From Hydrolagus affinis (Eukaryota), in contig JAAILG010001499.1 of the NCBI GenBank assembly GCA_012026655.1, forward strand, positions 1-64,000: DNA of 64,000 nucleotides. The letters run 5' to 3'. The position numbers and the translations under genes were made by a program. The notes under the pieces were generated by a model, which saw nothing but the letters and a program-made list of their open reading frames with translations, did no database searches and had not been told where the DNA came from. How positions within the stretch are numbered: the first letter of the stretch is position 1; every line of letters starts with the position of its first letter. Below are positions 12,411 to 25,195 of this stretch, one piece after another.

Positions 12411-14509
12411 CACATGTAATGTTCCCTTGCTTAACTAAGACAGGAATAATGATTGCCTGAATAAGCCATAGGTAATTGGAGCCTGTGAAAGCATATCTCA
12501 GATAGGAGTTAACTCCTTCAAAGAAGGAGAATGGGATAAAATTGATGAAATAAAACATTCAGTGAACATTTTTAAATGCACTCCATTATAAATCCATAAA
12601 ACATCTGGTTGAGGAAAGCCCTGTAATTAACCAGTCATTCACTGAATAATTACTGTGAATACCTTTGGAAGTTTTACATTTTATTTAAAATGCTGGGTTT
12701 ATTGAGGGAGCATAGATGCAGCTATGATGACTCCCACGCTGCTGAACATTTTGAAGTTGTCAGGCAATGTCAGGCAATTTTCTCAGCTGAGAAGTGTTGA
12801 AAAGTTTACAAAAAACTGCAAAGCAAAGAACCTTTGCCCCACATTTGAGATTTCTTTTTTTTAAAAAAACAAATTTGGTAGTGAATTGTGCAATTTTAGG
12901 TGAAAACCAAAAGATGACATTTGTATTATCAATTTCTTCTTCTTTTTAATTGTAAGTCGATTGAATTTTAAATTCAGAAAGAAAAAAGCGACTTCAGGTA
13001 GACACGAAAAAAAAGTGCTGGAGCACAGAATGTTGAATGCAAACCCTGTATAACATACAAATAAGAATTCCTCTGAAGTGCAGGTTAAATGCTAGGCTGT
13101 TTACAATACAATATTCCAATACTACATTTGTACAGTGCCTTTCACTTCAGGCGGACATACCAATGCCTTGTCTGCTTTATCATCTTCTCCTTAGTACCAC
13201 GGCATTGAAATCTTTGTACCTCCAGTAAAACTTTACATCTAGAGGAATTTTCAAAACTCACATGAATTTCCATCACTTATTTAGAAGTTTAATCTTGAAC
13301 CAAAGCAGAAAGCATTCGTCGAAACACAAGTACATTATACAAACGGATTAGATTTTTGCAGCACATTGCTCTTCTCCAGAAACTGAGAGTCTCCATTCAG
13401 AGTGCCCTGAATTCACAGAAGCAAATGCTCGGGGAACATTTCAGGATTAGTTTACCCATTTTGCATTTAAACGTAGAGTGTGAAATCTGGAACTCCATGC
13501 CTTTCCAGGATTTGGGGAATTATTCACTCTTGGACTCTTGGATGAGGTGGGGTCAAGCTGAAGGGTAAATTAGTCTTCCATATCCCTGAATTGTAATGCG
13601 TGCCACAAACTAAGACATACACAATTGTGATTTGGCATCATGCTCATCATCCTTGAGGTCCATCACCCACATAGTATTCGAAAATTGCATATTACTGTGT
13701 ATTCAGAATTTCAGCTTCAATACACAATGCTGTGTTTCACATTTATTGTATCTGCAGAATCCAATGAAATTGTATCCCAATTATACTTCTATATCACTTG
13801 CAGAAGAGTGATGTAGACTGGGAAGCTAAGCCACGTTAAATGATGGTCTCTTGAAAGTTCTCGGACCATCCAAGGGATGGCTAGGGAGCAGACCTGGCAC
13901 TGACTTGACCGCAGGCAGCATTTTGCTATGCTACAAATCAAACCCCTCCACTTTCCACAGGTTATCTCAAGAACAAGCGTTTGCTGCAATGTGTAACAGC
14001 TGAACCCACATTTGTACTGCATTATGTGAAGCACTTTAAGTGCTCTGAGATCTGACCAGCCTGATGGATGCTACAAAAATGCATGTTGTTCTTGTCGTTT
14101 TGCAATGAAAAACTTTGAAAATAGTAGCCATCTGTCACAAGAATCACAATCGAAATGGGTCTTGAATACGATGCTGCTGAATTGTATGGACCATAACCTC
14201 ACAACATACATTTCTTCTGTTCAGATAAATCGTCCTAATACACAGTCTTTAGGTGGCTAGAAGAAACTATTTTGAAACATTTAATTGCATTTTTTTTCAA
14301 ACAAATTAAATCTTATGTGCAGCTGAAAATAGCTAACTATCTGACTCTCATTTAAACACTACTAGACGAATCTGAAAATAAATTTTATACATTTTCTCTG
14401 GAGGTATCAACACTCGGGCCTTCTTGGAAGAAGATTAATAACAATATCAAACCTTCAAAAACAAAAGGTTACCTGTTTTTTTCCCCCTTTTTTAAAAAAA
14501 ATTCTTACA

Positions 14510-15209
14510 ATAAGAACATAATAAGGAGCAGGAGTAGGCCATTCAGCCCCTTGAGCCTGCTCCTTTATTCAATAAGATCATGGCTGATCTTCTAATCTAA
14601 CTCCACCTGCCCGCCTTATCCCCATATCCCTTATTCCCTTTATCCATAAGGAAACTATCAATTTCAGTCTTGAATATATTCAAGTACAGTAAAAGTCTGT
14701 TTATCTGTCACCCAATCAACCGTAACTTCCATATAACAGGCACCTCAAAAAAAAGTCCCCATTTGAATAACCGAATCACGGATCACAATCGCGGTGGCGC
14801 ATTTTATTCCCCTTGCATCGGTATTTTGGCTTGCCACTAGTACAGCCTTAATGTCATGCTGCCTTTTTTTCCCTCATGTCAGCCATTGTAGAAGATAGAC
14901 TGTACACCTCTTCCCCAGCATCATAAGTTCGAAACCAGACATCTACCAGCAAAAGTGATTTTTAGGTGAATAACAAAGGTCTGTTATTACCTGAAAATAT
15001 TTAGTCTATTATTAATATGGTATGTGTTAAAATAAGTTAATTTTTTTGTGTTGGGATTTCGGCGTCGGATCCGCTCAAATATCTGGCATGTCGTTTAACA
15101 GCATTAGCCAGGTTAAACGAGGGTGCCAGATAAATGGGCTTTTACTGTACTAAGGATCTGCATTCTTTTGGGGTAAAGAATTCCATAAATTCACTAGCCT
15201 CTGAGTGAA
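14510..15209 (-). mobile_element. CR1 LINE 3' end, interrupted by a MITE
   Basis: taagaacataataaggagcaggagtaggccattcagcccc is the reverse complement of the CR1 tail at 22870-22923; CR1 sequence resumes at 15150 (gaattccataaattcacta..ctgagtgaa). Confidence 0.85.
14687..15147. mobile_element. Tigger/pogo-like MITE, 461-bp relative of the 723-bp family
   Basis: TA|CAGTAAAAGTCTGTTTATCTG...CCAGATAAATGGGCTTTTACTG|TA; subterminal sequence is homologous to 7840-8562. Confidence 0.85.
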
Positions 15210-17311
15210 TAACACTGTAGATGTAGAAATTCACATTGTGCTGGTTGTGGTTCACTTCACTTGTGAGTGGGAGCTTCAACACATAATAAACGATTCTCTA
15301 TCTCAACACCCCTGGTAAAAAAAAAACTGAAAAGAGTAAATTCTAACAAAAGTAATGAATTTCACACAGCCCAAGATCGAAGCTTGCTTTCTTATTAGAC
15401 TTGCCCAAGAAAAGCTACAGCATCAAGTCTGTGCAATTAAACCAATTTATGTATAAATGTACGTTTCACAAGTTATCTGATTTGTGAACATTTAATAATT
15501 GGGACTATGTAATCACACATTTTGGAAGGTCAGAAGTGCACATCCTCAGATCACTCATGATGAATAGGTCTATTCTGTGAATGAAGAAACGCTGGCTTCC
15601 CTAGAATCTTAATAATGAGGATAATGGAGGTTTGAAGCAGGAGAATGAAGCCAGAGCCAGAAGTATTTATAGACTTAATGACTCAGGTGGTACCTGCTTG
15701 GAACACTAAAGACTGCTGATTCAATCTTCCCAATGCCCTGTGAATCAGTTAATTGAAGCTTCGGAAGACCGTGTAATTCAGGAAACTTGTCATAATCCTA
15801 ATTTACATTTATCCAATAGAGAAGGAACTAAGGATCAGAAAGTTGGGGACTGCATTTAGAATTAATTTAAACAGTTTTCAATTAACCTTTACAAATATTT
15901 GACATCACATTAATTGCTTGAAACAAAACAGCACAATGTGAAATGTTTTAAACAGTTGCAATGGACAAAACAATGGACCATTAATAGCAGAGGCATAGCA
16001 TTTGACGAATTGATAAATTGGCAAAATTTCCTAATTTTCTGCTCTCCACTCCCAAAGGCAATCATTTTTTTTTGCTGCGAATGTATATTCCATTAAGACT
16101 AACTTCTCTCTCAAACTTCCTCCAAGTAATTATTTTATCAGCTGTGACCTCAAAACACCAAGAATTGATAATCGATTTGAATGCGAGGACATCTGAGCTT
16201 AATCATTGCCACAAGCATGGATTCACAGCAATTGTTATTTCTGCTCCTCTCTATCCTAAGGAATCAGAGGCCAATGGACTGGGATCAAATAACTCGACAC
16301 AACCAAGGTATCAAAGCAGAGACCTTCCAGTCTTGTAGCGTTACTTTTGTCAGGAAATAAATCCATCATATGTCATGATTGCATCATTCAAGCAGTATGA
16401 CGATGAGTTTACATCTTGTTTTAAGCCTACGGATTAAAATAAAATGTTCCGCATACACACTCACTTGAAAACAATAAAAAAAAGCTAAGTAATTCAATTT
16501 CTTTGAATGATTAGTATTTGATTTGAGTTGGCATTCATGGTACACACATTATTCAAAAAACCCAGGCAATTCTGATGAACCACACAGGGAAGCAAACAGC
16601 CAGAGCCAAGTTAGACTAAGGAGAAGATGATAAAGCAGACAATACCCAGTGGACAAGGTGTACAGAACAAGAGTGCGATTTCTCTGCCTGATAGCGAAAC
16701 ATACAATAAGCAGACAATTCATTCTCATTATGTATGAGGAATTAAACACAGCTTGAAGCTGTGCCTTATTAGTGCAGTCAAGGTGACTGCAGTACTCACT
16801 TGCTATGGGGTTGGCTCTGCTTCAGATGCCTGCAGGAGCTGTGTCTGCCATTCTTACTTTTCTTTCAAAATCAGTCCTAACAGGAAACCAGGTACCAGAG
16901 TTTGCTGTGTTCTGTGACTTTTCACCATTATGGGGATGATTCATTACACAGATATGTGTAGTATATGTGCTCTCTGAGAATTGGGAAAATTTGAATTAAA
17001 GTTGAATTATTTTGCTTGTCTACAAGTTATATTGCAGGAACTTCAGCTTAAACTGTACCTGGTTTTAATCAGTTTCTAATTTCCTCTTCTTGCTCTTTTT
17101 CTGAAGGAATCAATTTATGCTTGGATAAACATCCAGCAGTCACCCGGTGACCATTCACCATAGCTGAATCTTCTCACCTGATGTTAATGCACAATGACAA
17201 GGGGGTGAATTTATCTCTCCACACACACAAACTCGGGGAAACAGGCAAATTACAACAACTCAGGATTGACCTCGCTGGCATCAGCAAAGAGTATAGATGA
17301 GTCCCCAAATC

Positions 17312-17625
17312 AATGTGTGCTGAGTTAGTTCTATCTGGGATGGCAAAAGGGCATAAAACTGAACGTAAAACCCTGGGCTAATTAAGGGGAAATAGGCCAG
17401 GATTTCTCCTCCGAATTATATATTATACATTTGCATGAACTAATAGATGAATGCAAGATCAGGGCTTGGGTATGTTGCCCTGTACTGTTATACTGCCTAG
17501 TGGTGATCACATCTGTGCTCACATTGCCAAGAAATCATGACTTGAGCAAAGTACAGATGTGTAACTGGTGTTAGTAAAAAAATTATCCTTTAGCAGGTGT
17601 CTGAGCTTTCTGTGGAGAAAATTGA
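17312..17625 (+). mobile_element. Ancient SINE-like family X, near full length
   Basis: tgctgagttagttctatctgg..ccctgggcta..ggccaggatttctcctcc..gacttgagcaaagtac..ggagaaaattg, colinear with other family X copies. Confidence 0.55.
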
Positions 17626-19420
17626 AGTGAAGATCAAAAGAATATTAGAATGCAGAGATAGAGAATCTGTTCAAAAGATGGTGTTCCCAGACTGAAAACA
17701 CTGCTCACGATCTTCATAATAACAGCCATAATAACACATAGCTTTCATTCCATTCAGCCTGTAATCCATGTTCTGAAACTGAGGATGCTAGTACCACCAC
17801 ATCAGTGCAGTACAATGGAACCCACAGAAAATGTAGTAACGATGCAACACATTGGGCCTTAGATTGTGTTTATGTTACAAAAGCACTTTAAGCACAAATT
17901 GTTGTTTCATAATTTGGGCTGCTGAGAAATCAACAAAAGTGTTCAAAGATTGAACTATATTCTGGATGCCAGACATTCCACTGGAGAAGAAAACTGTATG
18001 TTCTATTTTATCAAAGAATGTTTCATCCACAGATTAATAAAATGTTTTGGTCTTAAATCCAGGAATAAAACAATAACTGCCACTTGCGTTTGCCCTCCGG
18101 AGTCCTGGAATTTCAGATGTTAAGTACAAGTGGGGGAAAAAAATGATCATCTAAACCTGAAAAGACTCACATGACTTTGCTGAAGAAAGATCACTGTATT
18201 ACTGTACCTAGAATAACTATTTCAAGAGGTGAATTATATAAAAACCTCAAGAAAGCATTTTCAGCCTAACACATTGAAATGAAATGATCCATTGAAATCC
18301 ATTGAAATTCACTTACGCATTGAAACTGTCATGGTTGTGCTACCTTTATTTGAACCAAAGATTACAAAATAGCACATGTAGAAAACATGTCACTAAATTA
18401 TAATTAACCAGAAGAGCACCACTAATCGCACACAAAAGCTCAGTGCCTGGATTCAACCATCGATTTTGCAAACATTCTTTTCTTCAATAGAAACGAGTGC
18501 AACATTTTAGCATTACTTTGCTTTTAGAGTTTGTTTCATTGGTCTTCGAAATATTTGCCATATTTCAAACACACATCTACAATTAATCTCAATGCCCATT
18601 AGATTTTCACTCTTCATGGAATTCAATCATCTTATCTGCCATTTACCAATAGTTAGTCTTACACTAAACCTATGAATATCCCTTCCAGTATATTTTATCT
18701 CCGCTAAGCAGTTTGCATTTCTATATACAGTAGTTTGCTTCAATCTCATATTCAAACATTCTGCGTTTAACCTTCCCATATGGATCATTCATGAAAAGTG
18801 CACTTGGTAGAGCACAAAGGACAAATCTGTGTAGATTTTTACTTGTCACTACGTCCCAGCTTGAGTAATATCTATTTATAACTGCCCTATGTTCCCGATT
18901 GTCCAACTCTGTTTCAATGCAATTCACCACTTTGCTCCAACAACTCTCTTCAGCTACCAATCTCTTATAAGATGGCTTTTAAATGTTGATAGTGAAAAGT
19001 ATATATCACGGGATTCCTTCTTTCCCATGGGCATTTTCACAGGATAAGTCCAAAAAATACAGATAGCTTGATCTCTCACAATCCTTCCTTTTGAATTTGT
19101 ATTTAATTGATCATTCAGAATTTTGTTTCTTGTATTTCAAATCAGTTTACTATGAATGATATTATGCTGAATACATTTTTTTTTTTAAATTAGTCATACT
19201 CCTTGTTCTTCTTCAATATGTTTTCAATGACCTAAATCAATATTTCACCAAAGTTCCTTCTGCGCCATTATTTATCCTTGGGTGGGTGACATAATGTTAC
19301 AGTATATTGTCTATGGAGAAGCTCAAGAGAACTATACCTGAAACAATCATTAACACTCCTCTCACAAGATTTAGCTGTTTTTGTTTCATTTACTCCTCAC
19401 TGGCTCACATTTTGTCTGTC

Positions 19421-19736
19421 GAGCTCCTGTAGCTCGGTGGTTAGAGCACTCGTCTTGCAAGCGTGAGACCTATGTTCGAATCCAGGCAGGTCAGGGCGAA
19501 ACCTTGGGCAAATTTCCTTACTCCACACGCCTACTAATACTCCGTCCAAAAAAAACCACCATAATAAAAATGGTCATTTCAATCCACAACTGTTTGTGGG
19601 ACACCGCTGTGCGCTATTTGCTGCCGCATTTTCCCCACAAATAAACAGTCAATAATTCACTTTACAATATTTTCTGTGAAGCGCTTTGAGACATCGATAA
19701 GATATGAATAGCTCTATATCAAATTCAAGGATTATT
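19421..19736 (+). mobile_element. tRNA-Ala-derived SINE, full length (subfamily A)
   Basis: gagctcctgtagctcggtggttagagc..gttcgaatcc (intact B-box), aggtcagg variant, shared body and tail. Confidence 0.92.
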
Positions 19737-19954
19737 CACTTACTGCACTTTAATAGGAGTCTGTTATGGCAACATTGTCAAGCACACACAGAATATCTGA
19801 TCTGGCCAACTCAACATAATAAGATATTATACCAAATGCAAGGATTATTATATTGTTATGTACAACCACCTATTCTCTAATGAAAACTATCCACAATTAT
19901 ATTTTGTGAAACTGTGCTTTCCTTCCCCCTTTGCTATGTCTCCAGAAAATATCG

Positions 19955-20170
19955 ACCCATGCTACGGTACAGTACTTTAAGTCCTGGCAGCCTCACTCAA
20001 GGGATGTGCAAGGCCAGACTGCAATTGTTGGCAAGCTAGTCAACCTTGGTAAATATTTCTGTGGAGCCAAAACCTTTCCCTACGAATTGACTTACCAATA
20101 GTGGGTCATTAAGTATCAATGATGAACATTAAGCCAGGGTAAGTACATTTTTCACTCTCTCGCCCAAGAA
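19955..20170 (-). mobile_element. Ancient SINE-like family X, fragment
   Basis: ggtacagt..ttggcaagcta..gggtcatt..ttttcactctctcgccca is colinear with the minus-strand copies at 39755 and 53020. Confidence 0.4.
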
Positions 20171-22437
20171 TTCAGAGATTAAGAGTTAGTAGCAGTATGT
20201 AGACAAGGAGAAACTCCTGTGGAGTAACAGACTGATCTAACAAGATATGATTAGGATTATTTCGAAACATACCTCAATATGTTTCTTTTCTTCAATTTCT
20301 CTTCAAAAATACTAAACTTCCTATGGAGCTACAGGAACTATTCAAGCAACATCAATCCAAAAAGCAAAGTAAAAATGTTAGATAATCTTCTGCAGAATCT
20401 ACAAGAGACAGGGAATCATTAATATTATTGGAAGATGCTGTTATGGAAGATATTAAGTTTCAATTAGTCAAATTTAAAAGTTTTAATTGTATATTTCATT
20501 GCTGATGTTAAGTACCACCAAAGCCACTGACGTAGCATTTCTTTTCTCATGAGTATTCCAGTGAACTGTCTCTGTGCCTTTTCTTTCCAAAGTAATTTCC
20601 CAATTAATCTCTCCCATTTGCGGCATCATTGCCATCAAACGTGCTCCTTTCAGGCCCGGTGTGACTGTCCTTGATGCAGATTCTCATCAGTGTGTCAAAT
20701 CAAATATTAATATTACAATAATTTGTGGCAAAATGCTTCCCGCCTCTAGGTTACTGATCTTTTCTGGTTCATTACTAAGTAATAAAAAGTAGTGATATGT
20801 CCTCTTTTCTGATGCCTCGATGCACACACAATGTCAGAATGCAGTCTTGAAATAATTCGTTTTCTCCTTCTAAAGGTGACCTTAGTTCAACAGGGCTTGT
20901 CTCAATGGCTGCTACTCATGGGCCACAGGTGAAATACTGTTGGGGTGGATGGGTGGTTAGTGACTAGTAAAATAGATGAGCCATTGCCTTGGCTGGCAAT
21001 CAGTCAGAGATGTGGACCAGAAGTGGGTGGATACTGATGGCAAGCTGGGAGAGTGCATGGGCTTCCCCTTAAATAACCTTAGCCATCCACTGCCTGTGCT
21101 GCTACTCGATTTGTACAACAATCACCCTCAATTGTCTAAAGACTCTCTGTCAGCACCTTCATTTTGTCCTGACGGCCTATAACAGTTCTTTGGAACTATT
21201 TCACAAATACTTTAAATTGCTACATCCTCTCAGTGCAGGATTATCCTCTACTCTGTAGCCTAATATTGATTTCTATTCTATAAACACCTCAATATTGATT
21301 CATTAACACAAATGCTATTTATATTTTTAGCAAGTTTTATGCATGTCCTGGGCAAGTCTGAATACTAAGCATTCTTATTTCCTCCTTAAAACCTTGCTAC
21401 CATTAAACACAGATGGTGAGTAAAGAGGATGTTACTTTTACCACATCAAAGAAATGCTTGGTAAACCTAGTTAGTGAATGTAAAATAGGAGGAAGCATAT
21501 CAAAACAACTAAGATGCAGATGAAACTAGTCCTTATTCCTACAAAATAGTTGCTATTTTCTTGAAATTGTATAGAATGTTTCTGCAAACCTTAATGAATG
21601 CCATAAACTATAACATTGGCATTTCCAGAAGCATTAGCATGTATCATATTACATTTCATTGAACATTTTAAAAATGTTTTAGATCAACATTGAGCTTTGA
21701 TTTTTAAAGAAACCCAGGAAATGAATGAGCTGTGATGTAAAGAGATGAGGGCATTCAAATCAGTGATTATCTCATGGGAAACAGGTTACTGCACTGTTCC
21801 CCTCTTCCTGTCTTTCATTCTGGAGTTTCACACAATATGACCTTGGTCACAAGATCAGTTCAGGTAAAGATCTTCGGTCCATTTGATCTCATTCATCCAG
21901 AATACCCTCAGTGTCATCCTGCCAACAGAGCATCCAGCAGTGTGCTTTTTATATTAAAAAAGTGAATCCAGTGTCCTGCCAACAACCACCTTCCTGGCAC
22001 CCTTTTCCAGTTGTTAATTACTGTGCCATCAATATATATCCCGAAATTGCACTTTGCAAGTCTTTACTCTATGTCCTGGTATTATTTAATAACTTTCAAT
22101 ATATGTCCCTTCGGTTGCCTATGTTTTCTTCAGATCATCCATAGATCTCACCTGGTTAACTATGCATTGTGCCCAACATCCAGAAGGATAAATGTTTCTT
22201 GCTCAAACCAAAAGCGGTGTTTTGTGTGCTGCACATCTATATCAGTCTTAATGATTCACTGAACACATATAAACGTCTTTATTAAGCACCATCTGTACTA
22301 TTAACATTTCATTTCTACACATTTTGTGCATGCTTTTATGTTCCATAAGGGAAAAGACGTGTAGAAATGCTCTGAAAATTCACACTAACATTTAGCAAGA
22401 TAATTCTATGTTACAAAACCAAATTGATCACTAGGTT

Positions 22438-22923
22438 AGATTCACTAGGTTATTTCCTGGGATGAGGGGACTGACCTATGAGGATAGGTTGAATAAACTA
22501 GGGCTGTATTCTCTAGAGTACAGAAGAATTAGGGGGGATCTTATTGAAACATATAAGATTCTTAAAGGGCTAGATAAAGTAGGCACTGAGGGACTGCTTC
22601 CCCTGGTAGGAGAATCTATAACCAGTGGTCACAGTCTTAAAATTAAGGGTCAGCCTTTTAGAACAGAGTTGAGGAAACATTTCTTCACTCAGAAGGTAGT
22701 GAATTTATGGAATTCACTACCCCAGAAGGCTGTAGATGCTCAGTCCTTGAACATTTTCAAGGCTTAGATTTTTAGATTTTTGAAAAATAGAGGGATTAGG
22801 GGATATGGGGATAGGGCAGATAATCAGAGTTAGGTGAGAAGATCAGCCATGATCGTATTGAATGGCGGAGCAGGCTCGAAGGGCAGAATGGCCTTCTCCT
22901 GCTCCTAATTCTTATGTTCTTAT
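22438..22923 (+). mobile_element. CR1 LINE, 5'-truncated, young
   Basis: ORF 22462-22767 (LTYEDRLNKLGLYSLEYRRIRGDLIETYKILKG..RKHFFTQKVVNLWNSLP) is the classic CR1 ORF2 C-terminus; 3'UTR and ttcttatgttcttat tail follow. Confidence 0.95.
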
Positions 22924-23615
22924 CATAATTATTGATGCTATCTACTCTTGATCACTATCCAGTGGACAGATCTCACTCCGTCATCTTATTCTTCAAGAAT
23001 CCTCAAGATTTATAAAAATGAGTACTTGAACAAGATACCAAAGGGCTGGCTGAACCCTTGAAATTGTGCCTTCGGGAGAGCAGAAACAAATTAAAATAAA
23101 ATGATCCGAGTATTAAGCGTAGGAGTGAATGTGGTCTGACAGCAATATGCATTATTCATTTTCACGTAATGTGGTTATCAAAAAAAACCTCAAAAGAGCA
23201 TTTTTGCCCAAATACAGCACCTTATTGCTTCAGTTAATTTAAGCGCTGTGTCAAATTCAACTAGAGTTGGCTAAGGCTGATCATTAGTATTCGACATTTC
23301 AGCCAGTAATCTCTGCCAGCAAGTAATTTTATTTTGTTCTTGAAAGTATATTTAAAACACAATTTAAATAATGGTTCCAATCAATATTACAGCTTGTAAT
23401 ATTAATGGGACCTGATGAATGGCCTCTTTTGTAAAGTGCAAAAAAAAACATTGCCCAAAAATATGCTGCAATTACCTTTTTTTTTAGAAAAACAACCAAT
23501 AATGCTTGGTCATCACAATGATTGCTTACTTCTGTAATTAATAATGTGCAGAGTATTACCATAAGGAGAAGCTAGAATTCATACTTTGTTTCCTCTTATA
23601 AACCAGCTCTGACTA

Positions 23616-23703
23616 CAGGCGTAGCTAGGGATGGAAGTGTGGTTGGGCACCAATTTATGGTTGATGGGCAAAGGCCAGATTTCCAATCCGAGCTATGCCA
23701 CTG
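23616..23703. mobile_element. Possible tiny decayed MITE (hAT-like termini)
   Basis: caggcgtagct...agctatgccactg imperfect terminal inverted repeat; no convincing TSD. Confidence 0.3.
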
Positions 23704-23833
23704 TATCATAGCTCCCGCTTCATCTCTCTTCCCATTGTCCTCTATGTGAGGCAGTGCACAGAGCGATGGTTGGGCCTGAAAGGAGGGAGTAAATCAAACT
23801 ATGGACCAACGTATTCTGCTGGCTGCGTTTAGT

Positions 23834-24202
23834 ATAATAATAATCCTTGCATTTGATATAGCACCTTATCGCGTCTTCGAGATGGCTTAAAACGTTGCAC
23901 AGAACATACTATCGAAGGGAACTGATTGTATATTTTGAGGTCGAAATGTGGCAGCCAATTGCATACTGCAGTGTCTCACAAAGAGTAATGGATTGAGTGA
24001 ACAAATCATTATTATTATGTATTATTGAAGGAATTATTACACCCAGAAAAGCAATCTGCCAATCAATTAACAACTAGGGTCCTACTTAATGCTAGGTAAA
24101 CAGAAACGTGTAGAATAAGGAAGCCTCACATCTCGCCCTGCCTGGGAATCAAATCCAGGTGCTTGTGAGGCGAGTGCTTAAACCAATGTACTGCAGAACT
24201 CC
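23834..24202 (-). mobile_element. tRNA-derived SINE, long subfamily C
   Basis: Same head and tail as the young SINE plus an extra internal block (cctacttaatgctaggtaaacagaa) shared with 32039-32280. Confidence 0.85.
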
Positions 24203-24468
24203 AGTATATGTATTATGATCTCAATTTGTTGCTTTGAAACACTGCAGGATGCTTCACAGTCCTTGTTGGTGCATAAATGAAAATTTGGATAGGTTTCAAA
24301 AATGCATTAAATATTTACAAAGGGCAAGTATTCTGCTGTAGATCCTCCTGGGTGTGAATTTAACAACATTTGATTTGAATAGCAATAATTCAATTCAGAA
24401 TTGAACATATAATAAGGCAGACATAGGTTATGTTTTACCTTTTCAGTGAGAACACTGAGGTTCAAATA

Positions 24469-25195
24469 CAGTAGAAGCCCATTTATCCATGACTCGATGA
24501 ACCAGCACTTCCATATAACCGGCACGCCAAAAAGTCCTCATTCGATAAACCGGAACAATAGCGGTGGAGGATTTATAAATGCATAAATAGTAACAGATAA
24601 TATCAGAATATTGTATTATTCGTACTTATTGTTAAAACTATTCTCTTGCACTTCTCACCTTTACTGGTAGATGCTGCGCTTGAAGCCATGATGCTGCGGT
24701 TGAGGTTTATTGTCCAGCGAATCTTTTTAAAATGGAGGACGCCAAGCGGGTGAAAAAAACAGGGCGCGACTTTAAAGCCTTTCTAGTGGCAAGCTGATAA
24801 CCCTAGCCGATAACCCACATTGTCACGCAGGTGCAGTATTTTGGTTTGCCGCTAGTAGAGTCCAGGGTTATAGGCTTGCCCGAGTAAAGCTTTAAATTCA
24901 TGCTGCAGTTTTTTTCACCTGCTTCGCGTCCCCCATTTTAAAAAGAATCGCTGGACTATAAACCTCAACTAGTAAAGGTGAGAAGCGCAAGAGAGTAGTT
25001 TTAACAATAAGTACCAATATATAATATTCTGTTATTATCTGTTATTATCCGGTGTGTATGGTGTGCATGTTGTGTGTTAAAAGAACTTAAATTTTTTGTG
25101 GTGGGTTTTCGGCCGCGGGCCGCCCGAATATACGGCAGGCGCTTCAACTGCCATTGGCCAGGTCCTGCGGGTGTCGTATGAATGGGCTTTTACTG
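24469..25195. mobile_element. TcMar-Tigger/pogo-like MITE, 727 bp (second copy)
   Basis: TA|CAGTAGAAGCCCATT...AATGGGCTTTTACTG|TA; colinear with 7840-8562. Confidence 0.9.

Noticed and set aside
16794-16860. Minus-strand ATG followed by a gtgagt donor as an alternative clstn2 first exon
   Set aside because: The frame from ATG (MADTAPAGI*) stops before the donor and encodes no signal peptide.
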